A stretch of DNA of 63,695 nucleotides, counting the filler, from Octopus bimaculoides (taxonomy: Eukaryota), in NCBI RefSeq assembly GCF_001194135.2. It is 7 parts of 6 records of this genome, joined end to end, with 100 filler letters (N's around TTAATTAATTAA, not from the genome) between each part and the next. Parts side by side here need not be neighbours in the genome. Positions count along the whole stretch, not along the records: positions 1 to 20,758 come from NC_069008.1; 6 more parts are not named here. One strand, given 5' to 3'. Under the pieces are notes generated by a model that was not told where the DNA came from, ran no database searches, and was given only the letters and a program-made list of their open reading frames with translations. The position numbers were made by a program, and so were the translations under genes. This document shows, in pieces, positions 1 to 10,989 of this stretch. How positions within the stretch are numbered: position 1 is the stretch's first letter; each line of letters begins with the position of its first letter.

Positions 1-1
1 T

Positions 2-1615
2 TTACTTGATAAGATGTCGAAAAAGAAGGGTAAAACTTCATATCAATGTGATATTTGTAAAAAGACATTCCAGAAACAACGTGACCTAACTATTCACAAG
101 AAAAGTCATTCAGGAGAAAAGCCATATCACTGTGATATCTGTGGTAATTTATTCTTGTTGAAACATAACTTAACTGTACACAAACGTATTCACACAGGAG
201 AGAGGCCTTACAGCTGTGATATCTGTGGTAAATCTTTTGCACAAAGTGGTGACCTAAAGGCTCACAAACGCACTCACACAGGAGAAAAACCGTATCGTTG
301 TGATATCTGTGGTAAATCCTTTCCACGAGGCAACTATATTACTATGCATAAACGCATTCATACAGGAGAGAGACCATTTCACTGTGATATTTGTGGTAAA
401 TCCTTCGTTGGAAAACATATGTTAAAGGCTCACAAACGTATTCATACTGGAGAAAAACCTTATCGCTGTGAAATCTGTGGTAAATCATTCACTGGGAGTG
501 GTCACTTAGCTGTTCACAAACGCATTCATACTGGAGAGAGACCACATAAGTGTGATGTTTGTGGCAAATCATTCTCTCGTTTTCATCACTTATCTGTTCA
601 CAAACGTATCCATTCAGGTGAGAAGCCATATCAATGTGATATCTGTGGCAAATCATTCTCTCAAAAATCTGGCTCCGTTGTCCACAAACGCACCCATTCA
701 AGAGATAAGCCATATTGTGATATCTGTGGTAAATCATTCTCTCAGGCTAATTATTTAGCTAACCACAAGATAAAACATGCAAATGAGAAGCCATATCATT
801 GTGATGTTTGTAGTAAATCATTCTTTCGAATATGTGACTTAAATAGACACAAAAGTACTCACAGGGAAAAAAGACAGTATCACTGCGATACTTGTGGTAA
901 AACTTTCCCTATACATTATCGGTTAGTTATACATAAACGTATTCATACAGGGGAGAAACCACATGATTGTGATATCTGTGGCAAATCTTTCTCTCAAAAA
1001 TATGAGTTAGTTGTCCACAAACGTGTTCATACAGGAGAGAAACCGCATCACTGTGATATCTGTGGTAAATCATTCTATCAGACATCTGGCTTAGTTGTCC
1101 ACAGACGTATTCATACAGGAGAGACACCATATCACTGTGATATCTGTGGTAAATCATTCGGTGTACGTAGTACATTAACTTCTCACAAATGCATTCATAC
1201 AGGTGAGATGCCCTATCAGTGTGATATCTGTGGTAAATCATTCTCCCAGAAATCTTACATAGTTATCCACAAACGTTTTCATACAGGAGAGAAACCATAT
1301 CGCTGTGATACCTGTGGTAAATCATTTTGTGTACGTAGTTCATTAAATTCTCACAAATGCATTCATACAGGTGAGAAGCTATATCAGTGTGATATCTGTG
1401 GTAAATCATTCTCCCGGAAATCTTACATAGTTATCCACAAACGTACTCATACAGGAGACAAACCATATCATTGCGATATCTGTGGTAAATCATTCTCTCA
1501 AAAATCTTCCTTAGTTATCCACAAACGTGTTCATACAGGAGAGAAACCATATCACTGTGATATATGTGGTAAATCATTCTCTCAGTCTCATCACAAAAGC
1601 ATTCATACATGTTAG
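2..1615 (+). CDS. Tandem C2H2 zinc-finger protein, 19 fingers (last one broken by a 12-nt deletion); 5'-partial, the frame continues off the left edge of the window
   Basis: ORF 14..1615 consists of C-x2-C-x12-H-x3-H units with HTGEKP linkers. Upstream codons 2-13 (LLDK) match the paralogue at 6383..7897, whose ATG lies 22 codons further upstream, so the true start is probably outside the window. Confidence 0.92.
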   Translation, partial: LLDKMSKKKGKTSYQCDICKKTFQKQRDLTIHKKSHSGEKPYHCDICGNLFLLKHNLTVHKRIHTGERPYSCDICGKSFAQSGDLKAHKRTHTGEKPYRCDICGKSFPRGNYITMHKRIHTGERPFHCDICGKSFVGKHMLKAHKRIHTGEKPYRCEICGKSFTGSGHLAVHKRIHTGERPHKCDVCGKSFSRFHHLSVHKRIHSGEKPYQCDICGKSFSQKSGSVVHKRTHSRDKPYCDICGKSFSQANYLANHKIKHANEKPYHCDVCSKSFFRICDLNRHKSTHREKRQYHCDTCGKTFPIHYRLVIHKRIHTGEKPHDCDICGKSFSQKYELVVHKRVHTGEKPHHCDICGKSFYQTSGLVVHRRIHTGETPYHCDICGKSFGVRSTLTSHKCIHTGEMPYQCDICGKSFSQKSYIVIHKRFHTGEKPYRCDTCGKSFCVRSSLNSHKCIHTGEKLYQCDICGKSFSRKSYIVIHKRTHTGDKPYHCDICGKSFSQKSSLVIHKRVHTGEKPYHCDICGKSFSQSHHKSIHTC

Positions 1616-1935
1616 ATGCACTATCATTGTGATATTTGTGGTAATTCATTCTCGAGAAGTGGCAACTTCACTAAACACAAATGTATTCATACAGGTATGA
1701 AACATTGTCACTGTGATACCTGTGGTAAATTATTTTGTGTATGTAGTGCATTAACCTCTCACAAACGTATTCATACAGGTGAGATGCTACATCATTGTGA
1801 TATCTATGGTAAATCACACTCCCGGAAATGCTGGAGAGAAGCCATTTCACTTTGACACTTTTGGTAAATCATTCTCCAACAAGAGTGGCTTAACAATACA
1901 CAGACGTATTCATACTGGAGAGAAGCTATTTCAAT
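1616..1935 (+). pseudogene. Fossil zinc-finger tail after the TAG of ZNF copy 1 (2 intact in-frame fingers, then a frameshifted and degenerate pair)
   Basis: CAT ACA TGT TAG ATG CAC TAT CAT TGT is an HTGExxYHC linker with GAG>TAG. ORF 1616..1855 is in the same frame as 14..1615. A ~29-nt deletion near 1830 (relative to copy 2) shifts the frame. Confidence 0.85.
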
Positions 1936-2090
1936 TAATATTATGTTTGGTGTTAAATAGCTTCCTCGACTGGAACTATTGGAGTCCCGATGTAAGGTAT
2001 GGCTATCCATATACCTCAAGTATAATGTTGAAGACGAGGTATTCGAAAATATCTCAATATTTGTATTTAACTGATTCTGCTAATGCCCCC
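1936..2090 (+). mobile_element. piggyBac-like (PGBD-type) transposase internal fragment
   Basis: Translates as IMFGVK*LPRLE-(frameshift)-YWSPDVRYGYPYTSSIMLKTRYSKISQYLYLTD. This matches the piggyBac motif MGIxxLPxxxDYWS...IM.RNRF..I.RYLHF.D. No TIR is present. Confidence 0.6.
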
Positions 2091-2821
2091 AACAAAATAT
2101 GCAGATATGAAATTTGCTCATCGCTTCTTCTCCATAACCAGACCGATCCATTTCTCGACCATATTGTAACTTGCGATGAAAAGTGGATTCTGTACAATAA
2201 TAAAAAACGTTCTTTGCACTGATTGGACCAGAATGAAGCACCGAAAACCTTCCCTAAACCCGAGCTCTTCAAAAAGAAGGTTATGCTGACTGTTTGGTAG
2301 TATACTGCTGGACTCTTCCACTATAACTTCTTAAAAGCCGGAAAAACCATTACTGCAGAAACATATTGCTATGAAATTGCCAAAATGAACGCAAAACTGT
2401 AAATTCTCTGCCCCAGACTGGTCAACAGAAGAGGACCAATCATTCTTCCTGACAATGCTCGACCACATTTCACTAATGATGCTCCAGAAGTTGAGGGAAC
2501 TTGGTTACGGAGTTCTTCCCCACCCAGCTTATTCCCCAGACCTTTCTCCCACTGACTACCACTTTTTCAAGCACCTTCATGGTTTCCTGCAAGAGAAGGA
2601 GTTCAAAAATCAAACTGATGTTGAAAGTGCATTCAAAGAGTTCATCAGCTCCAGAACTCCAGATTTTTATGTTAGCAGAATAAACAAACTTGTAACTCGT
2701 TGGCAAAAATGTGTTGATTTTAATGGTACTTACTTTGATGACTAAAATTTCCCTATTGTTGAAATATATTGTGATGAATTTCATGTTTCAAAACGTTGCT
2801 TATTTTTTACTCAGCCTGATA
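2091..2821 (+). mobile_element. mariner (D,D34D) transposase remnant, 5'-deleted, with 3' TIR
   Basis: Catalytic motifs IVTCDEKW, DNARPH and HPAYSPDLSPTDYHFF, and C-terminal WQKCVDFNGTYFD, with several stops and one frameshift. Ends GTTGCTTATTTTTTACTCAGCCTGA followed by TA. Confidence 0.92.
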
Positions 2822-3117
2822 TATCAATTAACAGCCAACCATGTTTGCAATTATCTACATAATTTGACAGCAAAGTTTGTATAAAATGAAATTAAATCGC
2901 GGTTTAGTTACAGATCGAAGAAGTTAGTAAAGTTTTAACAGTTTTGTGACAACATCTGGAGAACATGGTTCTGTGTATTACATCTTTATCTATTTCATAG
3001 AATGGGTTTACAGCAATGGTCTTTTCATTAATTTACAACCACCTGAAGCACTCCAACGGTTGAACAGATATTTTATTCGAGTAGTTGTCGAAATTCCTTG
3101 TCTTCGAATCAAAATGC

Positions 3118-3735
3118 GGATCTTGTTCAAAACGGGGGCACCAGTTTTCATTTATGTTTTTTGTAGTGTTTTTGGTACCGAAAGACTTTCAAACTTCGTA
3201 TACTTATCTATTTTGTGTTATAGAACAGAAAAAAATTTTTGTATTCGAATTTATTTCATGTAAAAAATTGTCTTATTTCGATAATTTCTACTAATCACTG
3301 ACGTCTATTCAGTTGAAAACAGTTAGCGCTGTAACGGTGTATATCGTATTAATCCCTGTTAGTTCTGACATTTCAACCCTAACCCTAACTCTAGAATCCG
3401 AACTCTAAAATTGTTACACACATAGATACGCACAGCGTAATTTATTATATAAACAATATATGCGTATAAATTACGATTAAACCGGATGAAATATGTCACA
3501 GGGAATAACATTTTTATGACCAGCCAGCAGTAACTCTATTCAGCTGAACAGACGTCAGTGATTGGTTGAAATTACAGAAATACGACAACTTTAACATGAA
3601 ATAACTTGCAATGTAGGTTTTTTTGTTAAGAAGACTAAGAGTAAAAGATGTTTTATATGACACATTCTACCAGTGTCCCAAGTTTCAAAGTGTTTCATTA
3701 AGAAAATACTGGTGCCCCCATTTTGAACAAGATCC
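3118..3735. mobile_element. MITE family A copy 1 (GGATC...GATCC TIRs, 8-bp TSD; Merlin-like termini)
   Basis: TIRs GGATCTTGTTCAAAACGGGGGCACCAGT / ACTGGTGCCCCCATTTTGAACAAGATCC. Perfect flanking duplication CAAAATGC at 3110-3117 and 3736-3743. Homologous to 10990-11758 and 16993-17637. Confidence 0.88.
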
Positions 3736-5351
3736 CAAAATGCTTCAGTGCGTCTCATTGTTTTTAAGGTCCTTTCAACATCGTCATTACATGCCGGACC
3801 ATAAGCATGTATCTTAATTTTTTTGCAACACGTTGAAGACAACATATTCTTTTTCAGGCCCATTGTCCGATACTAAAGGTGTGAACCCCAAAACGAGCAA
3901 AGATCTCAGACCTCAAGCAGCTAGCTTTTTCCCACCCCAGTCGACCAATTAGGATACAAGAATGCCTCGATCTATGTTGAATAGGCATCTACAATTACAA
4001 GTATGTTACCGATATTTGGAACATATGCTCAATCCGTATGCACATATTCCCAGGGCCCAGAAATAGTCCGTGAATCATTTACTTTTACTAAATTCGGTCT
4101 AATTCTCTGGCAACTATCGCAAGATGCGACAAACTTCTCCACCGAGTGTGATAAGTGTTAAGGGATGAGAAATGGGGGTGGGGATCTTGATGTGCCAGAG
4201 AGAGGGAACAAGGAAGTGGGGATAGGGCTCACATAGAGGGAAGTATAACTGAGTGGTTGTAGGATACCAGTTCTGAAATAATGTGTTTTTTATTAGATAT
4301 CATAATGTTATCTCCCCAAGGCTAGAAGGATCCAGGGACACAAACCAGTGTGGAAAAGGAGGTTATGGAAGCTCAAGGATCCTTCAAATGGACTAAGCTT
4401 TCGAGATATGCTTAATGAAGGCTTTGATGAGGAAGAGACAGAGACAACTGGAAGTTCTTATGGGGATAATCCATTGAGGGAGACAGACCAAATATTTGGT
4501 TGGAGCAAAGCTTGTCAGACCAAGAGTGACGAGGTGGAAGAACCGAGAGATCAACAGAGTCACAAAAAAGTAGAGATGGCTTTCAAAAGAGTGAAAAAGT
4601 TGGGGTGGCAAAGAAGCATATCAGATAATTAAGCATCAGGTTTATCTATTTAGGGAATAAGCAGAAAGGAAGGGGTTTGCCAATGTCTAACACTCTGAAN
4701 NNNNNNNNNNNNNNNNNNNNNNNNNNNNNNNNNNNNNNNNNNNNNNNNNNNNNNNNNNNNNNNNNNNNNNNNNNNNNNNNNNNNNNNNNNNNNNNNNNNN
4801 NNNNNNNNNNNNNNNNNNNNNNNNNNNNNNNNNNNNNNNNNNNNNNNNNNNNNNNNNNNNNNNNNNNNNNNNNNNNNNNNNNNNNNNNNNNNNNNNNNNN
4901 NNNNNNNNNNNNNNNNNNNNNNNNNNNNNNNNNNNNNNNNNNNNNNNNNNNNNNNNNNNNNNNNNNNNNNNNNNNNNNNNNNNNNNNNNNNNNNNNNNNN
5001 NNNNNNNNNNNNNNNNNNNNNNNNNNNNNNNNNNNNNNNNNNNNNNNNNNNNNNNNNNNNNNNNNNNNNNNNNNNNNNNNNNNNNNNNNNNNNNNNNNNN
5101 NNNNNNNNNNNNNNNNNNNNNNNNNNNNNNNNNNNNNNNNNNNNNNNNNNNNNNNNNNNNNNNNNNNNNNNNNNNNNNNNNNNNNNNNNNNNNNNNNNNN
5201 NNNNNNNNNNNNNNNNNNNNNNNNNNNNNNNNNNNNNNNNNNNNNNNNNNNNNNNNNNNNNNNNNNNNNNNNNNNNNNNNNNNNNNNNNNNNNNNNNNNN
5301 NNNNNNNNNNNNNNNNNNNNNNNNNNNNNNNNNNNNNNNNNNNNNNNNNNN

Positions 5352-5640
5352 NGATTCAACATCCAGATGTCATTCTTCATCACTTCTGCCCATGTCTACT
5401 TAAATCTTCCATTACCACTGCTTTCTTTCACATGTATTTCACATCACTTCTTCACCCACCTCTCATCAGCCTCCATACACATTACATGTCCACACCAGTT
5501 GCTGTCTCTCACAAGACGTTTCGTTCCTCTCATACTCTGTCTCCCTTTTCATTTGTGCCTGCACACTTCCTTTCTGCTAACTTACATCCATCTGTTGCAT
5601 TCACTGTGTCTCAATACCATGCATCATAACAGTTTGTGCA
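5352..5640 (-). mobile_element. RTE-clade LINE 3' remnant
   Basis: Minus strand reads NWCGHVMCMEADERWVKK*CEIHVKESSGNGRFK*TWAEVMKNDIWMLN, matching the RTE C-terminal W.GHV.RM...GRGRP.KTW.EVV..DL motif. Confidence 0.6.
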
Positions 5641-5869
5641 CGAATATCTACAAGCTATTCTTTACTTAGACATAGGAGAATCCCAGGTTGTCAGCAGACC
5701 TAGCCATGGTTACATACAATATAGTGCTGGCAGGTTGTTATCACAGTAAATACATTTGTATATTATATAAGATAACATCTTTAAAGAAACACTTTTGACA
5801 CACATTTATGTCTAATGAATTTTATTTGAATAAATTTTAAAAGGAGTCATGACTGACCAGGAATTATTT

Positions 5870-6382
5870 TATGATCTTTCTCCACAATGAATCTACTTGT
5901 GTGTAGTTAGGGTATTTCTTTGAAAAAATGATTTTCTACAGACTTCATACCGATATGGCTTTTCCCCTGTATGAATACGTTTGTGTGTAGTTACGACACT
6001 TTTTCCAAAGAATGATTTACCACAGATATCACATTGAAATGACTTCTCTCCAGTATGAATATGATTGTGTATTGTTAAGCCACTATTACTGGAGAATGAT
6101 TTACCACAAGTATCACAGTGAAATGGCTTCTCTCCAGTGTGAGTACGTCTGTGGATAACTGACGCAGATTTCTGCGAGTGTGATTTACCACAGATATCAC
6201 AATGATAGCGCATCTCACCTCCTGTATGAATATGTTTGTGAGAAGTTAATACACTACGTACACAAAATGATCTACCACAGAAATCAGTGATAAGGCTTCA
6301 CATCTGTATGAATACATTTGCATTTAGTGAAGTTGTACCTTCTCGAGAATGAATTACCACAGATATCACAATGATAGTGCAT
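5870..6382 (-). pseudogene. Fossil zinc-finger tail (about 6 decayed fingers) in the presumptive 3' UTR of ZNF copy 2
   Basis: Finger codons continue after the TAG at 6383-6385 with a lost His, a frameshift near 6285 and ORF 5893..6213. An AATAAA lies on the minus strand at 5821-5826. Confidence 0.85.
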
Positions 6383-7897
6383 CTAACATGTATGAATGTT
6401 TTTGTGAATAATTACATGATGTGACTGAGAGAATGATTTACCACATATATCACACTGATATGGTTTCTCTCCTGTGTGAATACGTTTGTGGATAACTAAA
6501 GAAGATTTCTGAGAGAATGGTTTACCACAGATATCACAGTGATATGGTTTCTCTCCTGTGTGAATACGTTTGTGGATAACTAAGGAAGATTTCTTAGGGA
6601 ATGATTTACCACAGATATCACACTGATGAAGCATCTCACCTGTATGGATACGTTTGTGAAAAGTTAATGCACTACGTACACAGAATGATTTACTACAAAT
6701 ATCACAGTTATATGGTTTCTCTCCTGTATGAGTGAGTTTGTGTTTAGTTAAGTCGCCACTTCCAGAGAATGATTTACCACAAACATTACAACGATATGGT
6801 TTCTCTCCTGTATGAATACGTCTGTGGACAACTAAACCAGATTTTTGAGAGAATGATTTACCACAGATATCACAGTGATATGGTTTCTCTCCTGTATGAA
6901 CACGTTTGTGAGATATTAATTGACGAATTTCAGAGAAAGATTTGCCACAGATATCACAATCATGTGGCTTCTCTCCTGTATGAATACGTTTGTGCCTAAT
7001 TAAACGATAATGTCCTGGGAAAGTTTTACCACAGGTATCACAAAGATATTGTCTTTTTCTCCTGTGTGTAATTTTGTGATGATTTAATTCACATGTTTGA
7101 AAGAATGATTTACCACAAACATCACAATGACATGGCTTGTCATTTGCAAGCTTTTTTTGGTGATTAGCTAAAGTATTAGCCTGAGAGAATGATTTGCCAC
7201 AGATATCACAATGATATGGCTTCTCACCTGAATGGATATGTTTATGTACAGATAAGTGATGAATACGAGAGAATGATTTGCCACAAACATCACACTGATG
7301 TGGCCTCTCTCCTGTATGAGTGAGTTTGTGAACAGCTAAGTTAGAACTTTCATTGAATGATTTACCACATATTTCACAGTGATAAGGTTTTTCTCCATTA
7401 TGAATACGTTTGTGAGCCTTTAACTTATGTTTTCCAATGAAGGATTTGCCACAGATATCACAGTGAAATGGTTTCTCTCCTGTATGAATGCGTTTATGCA
7501 TAGTAACTTGGTTGCCTTGTGAAAAGGATTTACCACAGATATCACAACGATACGGTTTTTCTCCTGTGTGAGTGCGTTTGTGAGCCTTTAGGTCACCACT
7601 TTGTGCAAAAGATTTACCACAGATATCACAGCTGTAAGGCCTCTCTCCTGTGTGAATACGTTTGTGTACAGTTAAGTTATGTTTCAACAAGAATAAATTA
7701 CCACAGATATCACAGTGATATGGCTTTTCTCCTGAATGACTTTTCTTGTGAATAGTTAGGTCACGTTTTTTCTGGAATGTCTTTTTACAAATATCACATT
7801 GATATGAAGTTTTACCCTTCTTTTTCGACATCTTATCAAGTAAATCACTCTCTTTGCTTTGTTTCTTCACATTTAATGCAGCACAAACATCAGACAT
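6383..7897 (-). CDS. Tandem C2H2 zinc-finger protein, 17 fingers (504 aa from first in-frame ATG); inverted paralogue of 2..1615
   Basis: Intact ORF; first in-frame ATG (MSDVCAALN) at 7897. A splice acceptor TCGTTTCTCTGTCATTTCAG lies upstream at 8109-8128 (minus). Finger 8 lacks its last His (HQKKL). Confidence 0.92.
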   Translation of the reverse strand: MSDVCAALNVKKQSKESDLLDKMSKKKGKTSYQCDICKKTFQKKRDLTIHKKSHSGEKPYHCDICGNLFLLKHNLTVHKRIHTGERPYSCDICGKSFAQSGDLKAHKRTHTGEKPYRCDICGKSFSQGNQVTMHKRIHTGEKPFHCDICGKSFIGKHKLKAHKRIHNGEKPYHCEICGKSFNESSNLAVHKLTHTGERPHQCDVCGKSFSRIHHLSVHKHIHSGEKPYHCDICGKSFSQANTLANHQKKLANDKPCHCDVCGKSFFQTCELNHHKITHRRKRQYLCDTCGKTFPGHYRLIRHKRIHTGEKPHDCDICGKSFSEIRQLISHKRVHTGEKPYHCDICGKSFSQKSGLVVHRRIHTGEKPYRCNVCGKSFSGSGDLTKHKLTHTGEKPYNCDICSKSFCVRSALTFHKRIHTGEMLHQCDICGKSFPKKSSLVIHKRIHTGEKPYHCDICGKPFSQKSSLVIHKRIHTGEKPYQCDICGKSFSQSHHVIIHKNIHTC

Positions 7898-8394
7898 TTT
7901 CCATAAACTTCCTTTCTTTCTTATGATTTCCTTTCCATTTTTATATTGTATTTCTAACAAATATCCTCATCCTCTGGAAATATTTCATGGCAATTCCACC
8001 AGACGTTTATCTGAATCTAGTTTTATGTTTTTTGTATAATACGTTCCTTTATTCTTTAAACCATCATCTCAAGTTAAAAAGCCTCTGCTGTCAATATCAT
8101 CAGACAATCTGAAATGACAGAGAAACGACACTATAAGCTTTACGAGATAATTAATTAAACAGCAGACATTTAACAGTGGAAATTTTACAATTCTTTACTG
8201 ATAAACTGCAGACATAACACCTGATTGTTTTCAAATTAAATCAAAGAAACTTGTGCAAAGATCTACATTTTCACAGACAACAGCTACACCTTCAGATTGT
8301 GTAACATTATATATACTAGTGGGACCCATGGAAATTTCACAATGTAAGTCAGCACCTTTGAAAACATTATGTTAATATTCAAACTGCAAGCAAG

Positions 8395-8600
8395 ACACTG
8401 ACCGAACAGAATCATTAGCATAATGAGCAAAATGCTTAGCTGAATTTCATTTGTCTCTGCATTCTTAGTTCAAATTCCACCAGGGGTGACTTTGCCTCTT
8501 CAGGGTTGATAAAATAAGTACCAGTTGATCACTGGTATCATTGCAGTTGACTAACCCTGTCCCTGGAAATTGCTGGCCTTGTGCCAACATTTGAAGCAAT
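8395..8600 (+). mobile_element. tRNA-derived SINE family C (further copies ~9170-9310 minus, 28645-28845, 52640-52730, 57190-57330)
   Basis: Recurring AGAATCGTTAGCA...AAATGCTTAG...GAGTTCAAATTCCGCC head with a B-box-like GTTCAAATTCC, followed by GATAAAATAAGTACCAGTT. Confidence 0.65.
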
Positions 8601-10099
8601 CAAAATTATATGTTCATTGTTTACAATCTTTATTACATATTTACAAAGTAAATATAAATGTTAATATATTAATTCAAATAGCGCTAACTAGTAAATATTT
8701 ATTTAATAACGAACCATGTAATCCACTCGTGAAAACAAACTTGTGTAAAATGTTGGGGATGGGGGCGTGAAATTTCTAAGGTCCCCTGGGCAAAAAAAAA
8801 AAAAAGGGTTTTGTGTCATATGAGGCCAGCGTAATTCATTCGACCTAAAGGAAAAACAAAAAAAAAACCCTTTTTCCAATAATTCCTGGAAGTGTGGGTG
8901 GGGTGGATGGTAGTGAAATTTCCGAACCACAAAAAAAAGTTGTTTTCTGGCCGTAATTCATTCAACGGGGAAAAAAAAAAAAAAAATTGTTTCCAATGAT
9001 TTTGGGATGGAGTGGTGGTAGCGATTCTCCTCCCACTTCTTTTCCGAACAAAAATAAGGAGTTTGCGACACATTAGATCAGGGTACTTGATTTCACGCAA
9101 AAAAATCCGTGGTTTTATTTTCATAGTGAAACGGGTGCGGGTGTACTTACCAAAATTTACCTTTTAGGGGAGGGGCTAGTCGATTATATGGACCCCAGAG
9201 TTTCACTGGTACTTAATTCATCGACCCACGCCAAAGGATGAAAATGGCAAAGTCGACCTCGGCGGAATTTGAACTCAGAACGTAGCGATGGGCGAAAGCC
9301 CATTTAGGCATAACTTTCAGAAAAATGAATATTTTTTAATGAAATTTTCTATGCATATTGTATTTATTATTTCCGGTGAAAGTGTTTTGGAATGGGGGTG
9401 AGGGACAATTTTCGGAAATTCCAACAGAGTCCACTTAAATTCTTCTTAACTTCCATGAAAATTAATATTTTTTCGTGAAATTTTCTACAAATATACCTTG
9501 ATGTATGTACATTTCGAGCATATAGGAATTTTGAAGGAAACAACTGCNNNNNNNNNNNNNNNNNNNNNNNNNNNNNNNNNNNNNNNNNNNNNNNNNNNNN
9601 NNNNNNNNNNNNNNNNNNNNNNNNNNNNNNNNNNNNNNNNNNNNNNNNNNNNNNNNNNNNNNNNNNNNNNNNNNNNNNNNNNNNNNNNNNNNNNNNNNNN
9701 NNNNNNNNNNNNNNNNNNNNNNNNNNNNNNNNNNNNNNNNNNNNNNNNNNNNNNNNNNNNNNNNNNNNNNNNNNNNNNNNNNNNNNNNNNNNNNNNNNNN
9801 NNNNNNNNNNNNNNNNNNNNNNNNNNNNNNNNNNNNNNNNNNNNNNNNNNNNNNNNNNNNNNNNNNNNNNNNNNNNNNNNNNNNNNNNNNNNNNNNNNNN
9901 NNNNNNNNNNNNNNNNNNNNNNNNNNNNNNNNNNNNNNNNNNNNNNNNNNNNNNNNNNNNNNNNNNNNNAGACCGACACCTGGGGAAGAATTTGAAAGGA
10001 ATAACCCTTCACTCCCGGTAAACCCACCAAAACGTAATCTGAAGCCGCTACACCGGATCGTCAGTGGTCTAACTCAATAAGAATCTGTCACAAAATGGT

Positions 10100-10600
10100 A
10101 TTCGCTGCTCAATGACAACATGGAATGCGCAGGACTAACCTGAGAGGGTCGCGCCATCCGTGGTCGCTATTTAAGACGATAATGTTATGAATTAGGGGTA
10201 ATTAAGCTGCTGTTTCTAGTTGACTCGTTTTCAGGAAATGTCACGAATTTCATGACAAGTCATACAAACAAAAGAAAAAAGACAAGAAACATTAAATTCA
10301 TTAAGGAACAAAGAACACAGGATTGAATGAGAAAAACATCGTTAATAACAAAAAGATTACCTCGTGTATAACACAAGAATTACTGTAATGTATGTATGTA
10401 TATCTATATGGATTAAATTACATACAACTTGTTTTTCTTTGTCTTATCATTTGTAATTAGTATTTCGATGAATGAGATTCAAAACAACTATTTTCATTCA
10501 TTAAGTGTCTGGTGATGAATATCCGGTTGAGCATGCGCATTAAAGGATTGCGATAAACAGGAATGGCCGGACGGCAAATGACTCCCTTTTAAACCTAAAT
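10100..10600 (-). promoter_or_regulatory. Possible promoter / first non-coding exon region of ZNF copy 2
   Basis: Locally CpG-richer unique sequence upstream of the gene. NRF1-like GCATGCGCAT at 10531-10540 and a candidate minus-strand donor (ACG|GTAATA) near 10605. Motif-level evidence only. Confidence 0.25.
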
Positions 10601-10989
10601 ATTACCGTCTCCTATATACAAACATGTGTGTGTCTGTATCACCCTCGTTTAACGTCTGTGTTCCATGCTGGCATGGGTTGGAGTGTTGGGCAAGATTCAA
10701 TGGGTCCCAAGACGGCATTGTGCTCAAGTGTATGCTTTGACATGGTTTCACCTTACAGCTGTGGTTCCCAAACAAATTTTCCCTGGGCCGCATTTTCGGA
10801 ACGAAAATTGTCTCGCGCTTCACCAAAAGTCCCAGGAAGGGGTTAAAGGGAGGTAACCCGGGGATTCGAAGTCAGAACCTTATGATTGTCTCTCTTCCAA
10901 GTTGCGGAACCTCGTTGCTATATTCTTAATACTTGATGTAATGAAAACTATCACAATGATGAAATCGTTAAATAATTATTTATAAATAT

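Noticed and set aside
90-7755. Antisense ORFs rich in MIYHRYH (90..326, 489..737, 927..1241, 6769..6999, 7519..7755; also 15383..15850)
   Set aside because: They are the reverse-frame shadow of repetitive zinc-finger codons.
8750-9160. Two ~120-bp degenerate units with CGTAATTCATTC and long homopolymers
   Set aside because: Looks like error-rich sequence near a gap; no family or structure could be assigned.
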